NCBI GenBank assembly: GCA_012026655.1 | Contig: JAAILG010000168.1 | Coordinates: 62,001-126,000, forward strand | DNA length: 64,000 bases | DNA from: Hydrolagus affinis | Lineage: Eukaryota | Reading direction: 5' to 3' | Shown: one piece after another, positions 39,601-52,087 of the stretch | Layout of the letters: each line of letters starts with the position of its first letter | Numbering within the stretch: position 1 is the first letter of the stretch | Translations under genes and position numbers: made by a program | The notes under the pieces: generated by a model | Told to the model about the DNA's origin: nothing | Seen by the model: the letters and a program-made list of their open reading frames with translations, nothing else | Database searches by the model: none

Positions 39601-40784
39601 ACTGTGATATATGTCTTACTCATCTGAGCAAAGTTTCCGTCTCTTCCTAACAGCAGATACCTGTCTTGAAAATGTTTTCTTCTTCCCTTCTCTTTATCTT
39701 CCCTCTTTGAGAATAATAATAAAAATAATCCTTGTATTTGATATAGCGCCTTTCATATTGGGAAGGCATCTCAAAGCGCTGCACAAGATGCACTGTGAAG
39801 TGACTGTTTGTTTTCTCCCAATTCAAGTTAATTTGTTTTAAGATAGCCAATATTCCTTTATTACATAGTCTCTATTTTATCTCCAAACAAAGAGACAGTA
39901 GATCAGGTCAGACAAGCGTTAATTGAGAATGTGTGTAAAAGCTAATGAAATGAGTAAATCACAATAAAACGCACAAGTAAATGAGAAGAACTGACCTCTT
40001 AATCTGTAGTATTACAAAGGCAGTATACACAACTCTCTGGCTTTGATCCAAACAAAGGTGCTTTATTTGCAATAAACAGTGCCTTTCTTACATAGGTTGA
40101 ACTTTACCATTTAATTAAAAAATTGCAGCTTAACAAAGAAGCTCTGCTATGTTTCAATCCCGTTGCATACTTTTTTTTACTCATGAAGCAAAGCAATTGA
40201 CCACATCTGGTCACAAATTGTCATTAAATTCAATATCAGAGTTGGTAAGAAGAATCAACCTAGAAATTTCTCTGGAGAATTTGCAGAGCCTCTTGTATTA
40301 GATTAAACCAATCTAATACATTGGTCAATTGTTAGTAGTCAATTGTTAAAATAGTGACAATTTCTTATTCAATACCTTCACATCTGTTGGATCTAAGGTT
40401 GATTTTGCAGCAGTTGTAACTTTTATCAAATTTTATGAACCATTATTTCCCATTTTAAAACCAAAAAGGAGATTTCTCTCTTTAAATTAACAGGGAATGG
40501 CACTTCTTCCTATAAATTCATGTTGAATTGAATTCCTCATTATAAAATTAAAGCAAAAGATCTATTGATACAATATAAAATATTATATCAATCATATTAA
40601 AATATATTGTATATTTATGTGAATAGACACAATATTCTTTAAGTAAATAGACATTTAATGTGCGACTAACTGTAAACCTTCCATCACTTTATTATGGTAT
40701 TCGACACAGTGGATGTAAATTGAAATGGTTATTTTCTGCTGTATAGAATATCCGAGCAATATATTTCTCTTGTTCCTTCCGTAG

Positions 40785-40939
40785 TGTGGAGACAATCAAC
40801 GATGGTAACTTTCACAGTGTGGAGCTGGTGGCAGCCGATCAGATGCTGACCTTGGCTGTAGATGGAGGAAACCCAAAGAGCATCAAAAACTTAGCCAAAC
40901 AGTCCACACTTAGCCTAGACTCACCTCTTTATGTTGGAG
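40785..40939 (+). CDS. slit2: slit2 coding exon (~exon 34), laminin-G
   Basis: cgtag|...|gtatga; 155 nt; [51 protein letters not shown]. Confidence 0.96.
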
Positions 40940-41885
40940 GTATGAAAGCCTACTTATACTTACATTTACACCATGGAAAAATCCTGCATTAATACTGTTG
41001 CCAAATCAAATCTTTATGGCATTAAAAGACAAAGCTTACAGATTCTGAAAGCGTATCCCAATGCCATGCTCTTTGTCATGTGCAGTTGTCGTTTAAAATC
41101 AAGCAAATCCAAATTCTTAATGTGTTTGTCTCCACATATGTGCAGCATTCAAACTGCCGAAGACTTGTACAGTTTTGACATTACTAGTTTGTCTCTGGAG
41201 ATAAGCCTGTCTCCAGTGGTAAATACTGTAGGGTTGTTGAGTTTCCTGAACATTCTAGACCCAACCTACATTCAGAACAACTGGAGCGAGTGCTTAAGAA
41301 AAAGCCGTAACTCCAAAGGTGTTTTCTGGCTGCTATGATTTTTAATTCTTATTAATAATAATTAATGTTACATAAATAAAGGCAATCATTATTATAACAA
41401 TAATCCTTGCATTTGATGTAGCATCTCATCACGTCACCCAAATTTATTTTTGAAGTGGAGTAATTGTGTATTTGTAAGCATATGCAGCAGCTCTGGAGCA
41501 AGACTGGAAATCCATACTGTGTGTTTTCTCTCCTCTTCTGCTGCATTTCTGGACTCCGGACAACCAATATTTCCAGATCCCCTGAAAAAAAAGGGCAAAA
41601 AGCTAATGGGATCACTTGTATCTCAAAGTGGGCTATTTCCCCATTCTCATATTAGGACGTGGGTGTAATCTCATGCAGGGTACAACATACATGAAAAACA
41701 GAGACTCTTATAAACTAAAAAACATGATTTCAGTGATAATTGCTTATTTGAAGGAAATGAACCATGGAAATTAGCTACTTTGCTGCACCAGTTAGAAAAT
41801 GCTTGAATATTGCTTTGTGATTTCTGTGTTGACTGTGAAATTGCTGTGTCAGATGAGTCACCCAGGCTCTCGCTCCTCTGTTTAG

Positions 41886-42174
41886 GAATGCCCATCAATA
41901 CCAACCTGGCTGCTCTGCGCCAGGGACCAGGCCAGAATGGCACGAGTTTCCACGGTTGCATTCGTAACTTGTATATCAACAACGAGCTGCAGGACTTTCA
42001 GAAGGTTCAGATGCAGGAAGGCATTGTGCCAGGCTGTGAACCTTGCCAGAAGAAGATGTGCCAGCATGGGACATGTCACGTTCATGGGCAGTCCAGCTTC
42101 ACCTGTGAGTGTGAAGGGGGTTGGACAGGATTGCTTTGTGACCAGCAAACCAATGACCCATGTCAGGGCAATAA
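41886..42174 (+). CDS. slit2: slit2 coding exon (~exon 35), laminin-G end and EGF7
   Basis: tttag|...|gtaagt; 289 nt; [38 protein letters not shown]...DPCQGNK. Confidence 0.97.
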
Positions 42175-43504
42175 GTAAGTGGATCAGCAACTTTGCTTCA
42201 TATGTATAATCACTGATACTGGGACTGTCAACGACAAGATTTATTCAGATCAGCAAAAAACATAATTGCTCCAGCCAGGATGACATGCAACAACCACAAC
42301 AACAAAATTGCATTTATAGAGCGCCTTTCATGTGGGGTGGATGTCCCAAGCCATATCCACCTTACCAGATTCCACCCCCAAAATCAGTTACTCTATAAAT
42401 AAATGAATGAATAGTCCTAGCATTTGATGTGGTGTCTATAACCCTGAAATGTCACAAAATACTTAAAAGTATTTACTGCTATGTGTAGTGACTATAGTTG
42501 TACGAAGCATAGTGACTGCTTAGGATAGAGCATGTTTCTGACCTGGAGTCTAGCATTGTCTTGGAGTATTTCTGTATAATTCCTTGATTGTATATGAGGG
42601 GAATTTAGTGCAAACGGTGCTCTCCATTTCACGAGCCTGGCATCTGGCTTGGTGTTTGGTGGTAATGGAAAAGGAAAGAGTGGATCACCGTAACATGACT
42701 CCAGTCGACAGGAAAGCAAGGCTCTGAACCACTGCACTCATTCATCATTAGGGTTAATTGTTGCTGCTTTGAAATTTCCTAAGATGCTGAAACCTGACAT
42801 TTGATCCAGTGGAGAATATTACTGAGCCATTCCCCAATGCTGGGACACTGCTCTATGTGCTTATGAATAATTGGGAAATGAGCAATAAGAGTAACTCGGC
42901 ACGGACTGACATGTGGTGTCTGTTCATTATTACAGACAGGTAGAGCAAACAACAATTGTTCCCGTGAGCCATACTGAAAACACTGTTGAGGAGTCCCACC
43001 CAGCAAACAGATTATGTGATTAGATTTCTATATTGGGGTGAATAAAAAATCCCTGTCTTTGATATACAGTAGTATCTTTACGCAGGGAGGACATCTCAAA
43101 GCGCTTCATGGGATTTACTGGGAAGTGTTTGTGACTGTGTTTTGAGGGCAATAATATCAGATAGGATGTGCTGCACCAAGCCCAATTTTCCTCCACTTGC
43201 ACAAAACGGAGGCTTGGATTCCTGTAATACAATGGCAATAACAAATTACATATGTATAGTGCCTTTCGTGTCAGGTGAATGTCCCAATGTGTTGAAATAG
43301 TATTTGGTCTATTGTTTCAGAAATGCAATGTTTTAGTTCCCCTTTTCTCCCCTTCTTAAATCACCAATGTGCAATTTTATAAAAACTGTAATAAACATTA
43401 AGGTGTGGCAAACCCCCCCACACAGTGATTTTGTGGGAGCATACAACAGGCAATTTGTACACACCAATGTCCCACACACAGTAAATGACAATATTATTTG
43501 GGAA

Positions 43505-43800
43505 AGATGAGTGAAGGCATCGTCAAGGAGGAAGAATTTAAGACAAACATTGAAAGAGGAGCGGGAAGAGGCTAGGTGAAGAGATCAGGGATTGGAGTTC
43601 CAGAGAGTTGGGGTAGAAAGGCTGAAGGTCCGATTACTGATAGTCCTGCTTCACACCTCATAGCGGGAGGTGTGAAGCTGGACATGGAGAGAGTGGGTGG
43701 ATTGGTAGGTTTTTAGAAGGTTGTAGAGGTGGGATCAGGTAAGACTATGGAGGGCTTTAAAAGTGAGTGTGAGGACCTTAAACCTGATTCTCTGGGGACT
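43505..43800 (-). mobile_element. degraded L2-clade LINE 3' fragment
   Basis: ggagttccagagagttggggtagaaaggctgaagg and gtgaggaccttaaacc match other L2 copies. Confidence 0.65.
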
Positions 43801-44157
43801 GTTGAGGCTCCATGAATCGATGACTCAAAAGTTGTTCTTGATATTTTGCCTTTTAGTGACTGGATTCATGTCAGTAACTGAGTTATTATTGGTTAATCCC
43901 ATCATGGTGGCAATTGTATGTTGTTTTTTGGCCCTATTGCTCTTCATTCTAATAGTCTCTTCCAGCTACAAACACCCTTCCAAAAGTTATGAAATGCGCA
44001 CGTGTCGTGGAGTATCTACAGGGATATCCCTCACCAGTCTAGCTTTGAGTAGAAACTCCGTGGGTCCCACAAAAATAGTGCATGTTGAAAAGGAGGTTCT
44101 GATACAGTTGGTTGGATTGATGAACAACTAAGTGGTGCTTTACTATGTTGTTTCCAG

Positions 44158-44366
44158 GTGCATGCATGGTACCTGTGTGCCCATCAATGCCTTCTCATAC
44201 AGCTGCAAATGCCAGCCAGGGTTCAGAAGTGTGTTGTGTGATGAAGAGGAACTCTTTAACCCTTGTCAGAGCATCAGGTGCAAGCATGGGAAATGCCGGC
44301 TCTCAAGCCTGAGCAGACCCTACTGTGAATGTAATAGTGGATACACTGGAGAGAACTGTGACAAAG
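44158..44366 (+). CDS. slit2: slit2 coding exon (~exon 36), EGF8-EGF9
   Basis: tccag|...|gtatgg; 209 nt; [18 protein letters not shown]...[15 protein letters not shown]. Confidence 0.97.
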
Positions 44367-45122
44367 GTATGGACAGCTCCTTCTAACTAACTTTTGTGTG
44401 TGTGAGTTTGTGTGACCGTGTGTCTGTCATATAAAGCAGCCACAAATTTTAAAACTCTTGTGACTTTCATAGGAATATGGATATTAGCTTATGTCATGTT
44501 TGGCATATTCAAATCTCAGCAGGTTTTAATGAAATAATATAATCACAAGATTACTAAAGTCAGTCAGAAATGAATTATTTTCCACTCTATTGGTGTCTTC
44601 TGATAATAGTCTGATTCAACCCATTCAAGCGCAACATATCCAATATATTGAATGTATGATATCTTGAACAAGGCAATTTGAGGAATGCCCTGTGTTTTAC
44701 TTTAAGGTGAACTGGGTAGCCATGTGAAGTAACCGATCACTCATTGTGAACCTCGCCCTGCAAGTGAAACTCTGTAGCTCTTTCTGAAACCAGTGCTTCT
44801 GTGTTATATTGAAAGGCCAAACCAGATGTGTAGGAGCAATGTCTAGGGTTTCCCTATTTTGAACTTGCTTTTGGAATATTGTTGAATCAATCTGTGTGCA
44901 ATTGAGTGTACTGAGTGGCTCATACTAACATAATGGTGTGCTGGGCTGTGTGCTGGATTACTCTTTGCAAATACTAACCGTTGACTTGTTGCATGCTTTG
45001 GTCTAATGCGTTTTTAATTAAATGCATTTGAAAGCCCTTCATTTAAATAGGTTTCAGTTGTCAACTTTTAACGTCACTGCTGTTTATCTCACTTTAACAT
45101 TTCTATATCTTCTCGAACTAAG

Positions 45123-45223
45123 CAGCCAAAACCAATGATTCAGCACTTAACTCTATTACAAACTCTACCTCTGACCTCTCAGCTTCAACTGAGCAATCAC
45201 AGCACCTCTTGCAGGTGAGATGA
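45123..45223 (+). CDS. slit2: candidate alternative slit2 C-terminal exon (AAKTNDSALNSITNSTSDLSASTEQSQHLLQVR*)
   Basis: AG-free zone 45058-45120 with branch-like TTAAC (45094-45098) and pyrimidine tract, tandem acceptor taag/cag, open in the phase left by exon 36, internal donor CAG|GTGAGA at 45214/45215, TGA at 45221-45223. Confidence 0.55.
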
Positions 45224-45754
45224 CTGGGAAAGGGGTGAATAGTTTCTTTCTCTCTCTTCCTCATAGTCACCCTTCCCAAAATCCTTCCCCACCCCCACAC
45301 CACTTGTTTGAATCCGGTGACATCCATTTCCTAGAATGATTTTGAATAGATTCTTTTTCCTGCCCCTTTTCCCGCTCTGTTATAGTTTGCTGTTCTTGCT
45401 GTGTCAGTATAAGTGTTCAAGCATGCAGTTAGCGACAGGAATAGCTCTTCTCATCTGCTTGTGGGTTTGCATTTCCATAACGGAAGACTGGAGACGTTAC
45501 GGTGAAAACTGTAAGGTGTAATGTGATAGTTATCCGATCATGAAAAATTGTGGTTGAGACCAGTGGATAATAATCTGTTTGCCATGGGTGTGATATCTTC
45601 CCCTACTCCCAATGTTGCTTTAATTCGACCTGTCACACCAATTAGGAATTGCTAGTTAACATTTGAATGACAATTCAAATGGATAGTAATAATAATCCTT
45701 GTATATCATGCCACAACTTTCACCTAAAGAAGACATCTTAATGGGGATTAAGAT

Positions 45755-45905
45755 GGTATCATAGAAACAGGAGTGGGCTTTTCAGCCTCTCGAGCCTATT
45801 CTGCCCATTTTATAAAACCATGGTTGATCTGTACCTCAAGTCCAGATATCCTCCCTTACCCCATATGCCTATGACACCCTGACCTAACAAATATCCTATC
45901 AACCA
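45755..45905 (-). mobile_element. CR1-type LINE 3' end
   Basis: catagaaacaggagtggg...cagcctctcgagcct...accatggttgatctgtacctcaa; CR1-like tail in reverse. Confidence 0.55.
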
Positions 45906-46769
45906 GGCCTTTAATAACGGTGGCTTTCAACCATTGTGCTGATGTATTGTGAGGGAGGGGTCAGGTAGATTATAATAGACATAGCTTTGACCACCGCTTT
46001 GGACAATGTGATAACTTTCACATCACACCTCAGTGTTTCACTTTTTATTTCGTAAGAGACGAGTGGTTTCAGTGACCGGTTGCATAATCGTTTTTGTTAT
46101 GTTCATGACCAGCATAAACCACACTTGTGATGGAAGCCTGCATTTCTTGCCATTTCTTGACTGCGTATTCACAACAAAACAACATCATGTTTTCAGTCTC
46201 TGGCTAGCATAGTATTACCTACCACTTCATACGGAATCCAGCATTTATTAAGGATAGAAACTGAGAAATGTAAATCAGTAGCAATAGCAAATTACAATAT
46301 ATTCAGCGCCCTTCAGAGAGGGTAATGTTTTGGGGTGCTGCACAGGGATGGGGTTTGACACCTGGAGATTGGGGAAGGGGTTGATTTTTATGGAATAGGT
46401 TTGAAGAGGTAGGATTTGAGGCTGACTTAATGATGGAAAGAGAGGGAGTGAGACCGAGTGGTAAGAGGGAATGAGTGACAGACGTTAGGTGCAAATAGCA
46501 AACTGGGAATAATCACAACCTAGTTCATTCCACAAGTGAAGAAGAGCTCAGAAGTCACAAAAAGTGGGACATGTGTTCCTTATAAATTGAGTGAACTGCA
46601 ATAGGCATAGAGATTCAGAATTTTTAAATTATATACATCTAACACATGTGCAGAGAATGTATTAATACGCATTATATCAAATACATGCCTGGCCAAATTT
46701 CCTTTGTGGGTAGGAATTATTGAATTTTTGGGAGTTTTCCAATTCCCAAATACTTCCTCTTTCATGAAT

Positions 46770-47035
46770 CTGAAGATCACAAGATTGGTTTCGATGAAGA
46801 ACGCCCTTGGGCCATCCGATCTTATCCTTTCAGAACACCTCCCACCGCCCGCCCCCCACCCCCCCACCACCCCATCACAGCATCAAGCTGCTTTTTAAAC
46901 CAGTTGAGTATCCTAAACCACCTTTCCTGGCGGCCTGTTCCAGATGTTGATTACTCTCTGAGTAAAAAAAACTTCCTGACGTCTGTCCTGAAATTACCTT
47001 TGACTAATCTAAACCTATGTCCTCTAGGTCTCCTG
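46770..47035 (-). mobile_element. CR1-type LINE 3' fragment
   Basis: RPRGHRFRLVKGNFRTDVRKFF on minus strand. Confidence 0.75.
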
Positions 47036-47416
47036 TATTGTTGCATCTCATAAAGCTTGCACTCCCTGAGTCTCTGTACAGACAAAACAAATGATAGGTG
47101 TTCTATATTTGGCCATACATTCAGTGTTTTCCACAAATTGAGTGAAAACCTGCTCCCTGCTTTTCAGTCCCTGTACCTAAGTGTGTCAGTGCTGTCACAG
47201 GAGCTGCAAATGTGGCAGCCACACATGGATCAGTTGTGAGAGACTTTCATCTGGTCAGCAACTTTGTGATATATTTTGTGTTATAATGACATAGTAAACA
47301 AAGAACCTAGTAGGTACAAATATAATATATCTGAAGGTCATTTGGTCCATAATGCCTGTGCCGATACTTCTACAAACAATCCTTTCAGTCCCATTCATCT
47401 ACACCTTTTCCCCAAA

Positions 47417-47725
47417 GAGTCTTGTAGCTCATTGGTTAGAGCACTTGCCATACAAGCAGGAGACCTGGGTTTGATTCCCACCAGGGCTAAACCTTGGGCA
47501 AGTTTCCTTGCTCCACATGCCTCATAATAATCACTCAATAATTAAAAAAAATGATAAATTGGTCACCTTAATCATGATTGTTTGTGCGACACTGCTGTGC
47601 ACAAATGGCTTCCACATTTCACCCACAACTTTACAGTCAATTAACTTTACAGTATATTCTGTGAAGCGCTTTGAGAGGTCTAGAAGATGTGAAAAGCACT
47701 TTATCAAAAACAAGGATTATTATTA
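47417..47725 (+). mobile_element. full-length tRNA-derived SINE
   Basis: gtagctcattggttagagcac...gggtttgattccc head; (TTA)n tail. Confidence 0.85.
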
Positions 47726-47940
47726 TAGGGAGTTAGGGAACTTTTTCATGCGGAGAGTAATGAGGATGTGGAACTCACTGCCTAAAGCTGTAGTTGAAGG
47801 AAATAGCATCAATATATTTAAGAGAAACCTTGATAACTTCACTATGGAGAAGGAAATAGAGGGAATAGGAGGGAAAGAACACCAGGTGTAGCATAAACAG
47901 AGGCACGGACTATTTAGTGCTGAACAGCCTGTTCTGTGGC
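47726..47940 (+). mobile_element. CR1-type LINE 3' fragment
   Basis: NFFMRRVMRMWNSLPKAVVEGNSINIFKRNLD. Confidence 0.75.
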
Positions 47941-48474
47941 ATATCACTTAATGAAAGTCTGGGTAAACATCTTTATAAACAACAGGACTATACAATGCCT
48001 GGGTTAAAAAGGACTAGGTATTAGACAATAATTCAATAGTTTAAACTGGTGGAAGTTAAGCAATATCACTTCCCGCAGCAGAGTGATAAGGCATGAGAGA
48101 AAGTGCAGAATTAGCCAGGATCAGTATGGTAGAAAGAGCTGATGCAGGGCAGCTTGTCCTATTTGGTAATGAAATACTGATAACATCTACCACAGTGGCC
48201 TAGTGATAGTACTTTCTTATTCCCTCAAGATCAGATGTTCCTTCCTGCTTAAACCCTGTAAATATTTTATGTCCCAATATTTGTAGACAACAAAACCTGT
48301 ACTGTTTCTTCCAAACCACTATGAGGCGAGGTCCTTTTCGTAGGAGTGATCCAGGTTTAGGATTTATATTTGTTAGACGCACAAGTGGAGACCAGAGAAA
48401 GGGAATGAGTTCTTGACATTCTAACCCTAATCCAAGTGAGTCAGCAGTGATGGCACTTCACATTCTCTTTCCAG

Positions 48475-48716
48475 AAATCTCCTGTCGAGGGGAACGAATC
48501 CGAGATTACTATCAGAAGCAGCAAGGCTACGCTGCTTGCCAGACAACCAAAAAAGTCTCGCGGTTAGAATGCCGAGGTGGGTGTGACAACGGACAGTGCT
48601 GTGGACCTCTGAGAAGCAAACGACGGAAATACTCTTTTGAATGCACCGACGGCTCTTCGTTCGTGGAGGAGGTGGAGAAGGTTGTAAAGTGTGGCTGCTC
48701 GAGATGTTCTTTGTAA
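48475..48716 (+). CDS. slit2: slit2 last coding exon (~exon 37), C-terminal cystine knot
   Basis: tccag|; [37 protein letters not shown]...[12 protein letters not shown] at 48714-48716; near identical to the SLIT2 C-terminus. Confidence 0.97.
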
Positions 48717-50554
48717 AGCTTTGAACACACTCGCCCTTTTTCTAAACAACGTGGGGGAACTTATTTTGCTTCCATAGTGGAGATATTTGAATTATATTGT
48801 AATATACAGACATATTTTTATTATCAGAAAATGACTATTTTCTTCATTTACAAGACATTTCGAGTCCTCTTGAGTGGAAAATCGTCACAAAGCAAGCAAG
48901 ATGCCTGTCAGAAGCCAAACAGTTTTTTTTGGACTAGGACTCAACATCAATGAGCTGGTTGGAAGGAAAACCCTACTCAGGATGTCCTGCGGGCTAACTC
49001 CAATAGGGGTAGGGGCCTACCGCTGGAAGCGTGCAAAGAAGACGACAGACTGTCAGTCTCATCAGCTCGCCTTCGAATCTAGGGACATGAACTAAACTGC
49101 GCTGCGGGAAATAGAACCGAGAATGTGCATCGATGAAGAAGCCCTGGAACTTCCGCTGTCATTTTATATCTTGGTTACGTGAACAGTCATTTTATTTCTG
49201 GTATAATGTGTACATTAGCATACTCGAGCTTACAAAGTGTTTAGCAAGCCTTGTTTTCCAGTATTAATTCTTTGTAATATAATTATAAATGGGGAGGGGG
49301 GGAAACTATACAACAAAATAGAGAATTGATGTATGGATTACTTAGTTGGATATTGTGATTTTTCTCAAAAGAGTTCACACAGTATTCAAAATATCATTAA
49401 GAAGTATTTATTGTATCAAAAAAAAACTTGTACCTAACTTCGCTAGAACTTCTCTTTCACTCCATTTTGAATCTTTAATATATATTAATTTATATTTCGT
49501 CCTCATATTTTTGTATGTTAAAAAGTAAAAAAATATGATTGCAGTTTTTTTTGGAGGGGGGTGGGAGGGAAATAGAGTAACTAACAATCTAGCATGTCCT
49601 GTTGGAGTTAATTGTCTTGTTACCTTTTTGATTGGTTGTGTCTCCTGTACTTTTGACCACTGACATTGCTTTGGACTACCAAGCCTGGGTAATAATTCCA
49701 GCCAAACAGTGTCAGATATAACAAACCAGTGTATATTTTGTGAATTTCTGCTGAATTTGTACCTTACAAAAGAAATAATGACTGCCTTGACAAACTAGAC
49801 TTTTCGTGGTATAGCCGTGATTATTTCTCCTCTCTTCCTCCTCCCCCACCACTGACCCCCTCACTTTCCCCCTCCCCACCTTGTTGGAGCTAAATTAAAA
49901 TACTCTGTAGAACGTTGACCTGGAGGACGAACAAGTTTTTACATATCGGGATATTGGTTTGGAGTTCCTCAGCTTCCTGACTGACTGTAACGTTCAGAAT
50001 TGTGATCTACTTTTATTGAGTATTGATACTTGTCAGCCCCTTGTTCTTCCACAGTAACGTGTTGCTGCTAAACTTCAGATTTAGAGTTCTTAAATTTACG
50101 TAGTTGGGCTGTGCTCTTTATGAATTAAAGTCAGAGAGCACCTGATGTAAATACAGCTTTGTTTCCTTGGATTTCTTCTCTTTTTTTTACAAATGGTTAG
50201 ATGTACATGTTGAATGCAATACTTTCTGTCTTACATAGACTGATATAAGTAATGCTACTGTTCTCTGTAAATTAAATCAGATATTGACTTCAGTCTCAGT
50301 TACCCTTTGTGGTTATTGAATGGTTATGCAGTGCCTTAGAAGAGAAGAGCTAAACTTGCTTTCTTGCTTCTTATTCTGGAGTCATTTTAGCAGACTGGGG
50401 TTCCAGATCAGCAAGCTGGTGAGGTACCAGTTATACACTTACCAGTAGATTTAATAATGATCTGAGAATCGCTCCAGAAAACCCTTTGGCACTCGATGAG
50501 TTAAAAGTTGGATCCTCAAAGACATCTCCTAATTTTATTCTCAGTTCTAATAAA
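48717..50554 (+). other. slit2: putative slit2 3' UTR
   Basis: Repeat-free AU-rich stretch after the stop; candidate poly(A) signals ATTAAA 50271-50276 (followed by GU-rich sequence) and AATAAA 50549-50554; true end unknown. Confidence 0.6.
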
Positions 50555-52087
50555 AAAAATAATGTTGGTGTTCTATAAACTGTAAATAACCATGAAGAAA
50601 TTAATACGTGCAAGCCGAGTAATTGGGGAAATTAACTGATGAGACTCAAGCTGAGCAAATTGCAGTATGGTACAATTTACATTTATATAGTGCCCTTCAA
50701 GTCGAGAGGTCATCTCATGCGCTTCATAAAACCAGGTGGGCATGCAAGCCAGGTGCGTCCACTTGCCTTTTTAAAGTGCCCCTGTGAACATCCGGGGAAT
50801 GTGCTGTGTAGCACTTAATCTAACAATACCTCAGCTATGATGAGAACTCTGAAACTCTTCGTTTTTCAGAGAATTAAATGTGTCTTTAATCTTGAAGAGG
50901 AGGAAAGTATAGAAAAATTAATTAAGAAAGGACGGTTTTACTGAACAAAATCATTTAATTTCTGCTGAATTTATTTTCTTACCTCCTCTTTCCTCACATT
51001 TACCCCACTCACACATTAAACACAAAGAACCTATTTGGCCCACCAGGCTTCTTAATAATATTCCTCACATTCTATGGCTTTATAGAGTACTTTGACTTTG
51101 TATTTATAGGTTCACTCATAGTAATGTCCCACAAACAACAATGATACATCTTCCACCGCCCTATCACTTCCTGTGCTTTTGAGAGAAAGCTAGTTGAACC
51201 TCAAAGTTGCAAGACCAAAAAAGACTGGTTCATCGAGTTAGTTACAAAATCAAATAAAGCTTATACACTTCATTGATCATTCTTCGCTAAACATTGGTAC
51301 TAATTCCTTCTTGAATTTGCCAACAGGTATCAAAGCAATACTCCAGGTTATCTATTTATATTCACGTTTGCATTCTTCATACTGACCAGCACAATGTTGC
51401 TAAAGAGTATCTCAGTCTACGTCTATCCTAACAACAGGATAAGATTTAATTCCTTTTTCTGAGTATCTGTTCTGCATATCTATGAGAGCAGAGCGTATAT
51501 TTTATTTCTTTTGTTGCTTCAAGCGTGTTAATTTTCAGACTTGGTCTGCTCATACAGTCGTAGAGATTAATTAGAAATTAAATTAATGTAGGTAAGTATG
51601 TCAATTAATATGCAGCAGCAACAAACTACATTGACAAACTACAGGATGACTGCCCTTGGGCATCAATATAACTACATGAGAAAAACACTCGGCTTCCTTC
51701 AATGAACAGTCCATCCATAAAATATTGATCAATAACAAGCACGTTTGCCAAATGAAATCAGAAATTAAACATTTATGTAATCTATCCAAGTACAATAAAA
51801 ATAATAAAGATCTGCAAATTGGCACTATGAAATCAGTTTATCCCAGAGTTAATCGAAGATAGAAAATAGTAGCTTTCAAAGAAAACACATAAAAGTTTTG
51901 GTCATGATCAATTTTAGCATCTTATAACCACAAAAATGATTTATGTTTGTATAGTCTTTCACATCAGGAGAATATCTGAGAGCACTTTACACAACAAATT
52001 GGGAGCCTAAACTGGGGGTAGGAATAATTGAAGTGAGATGGGAAAGCTGGCTGAAGGCACAGTCAGAGATATAGGTATTACTAAAAA

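Noticed and set aside
47417-47490. tRNA-like sequences with A and B boxes (also 22812, 32008, 60700)
   Set aside because: They are SINE heads continuous with SINE bodies; acceptor stems degenerate and copies divergent
49127-49140. GCATCGATGAAGAA (and TCGATGAAGAACGC at 46791-46804) resembling 5.8S rRNA
   Set aside because: Isolated 14-nt matches with no flanking rRNA similarity; treated as chance
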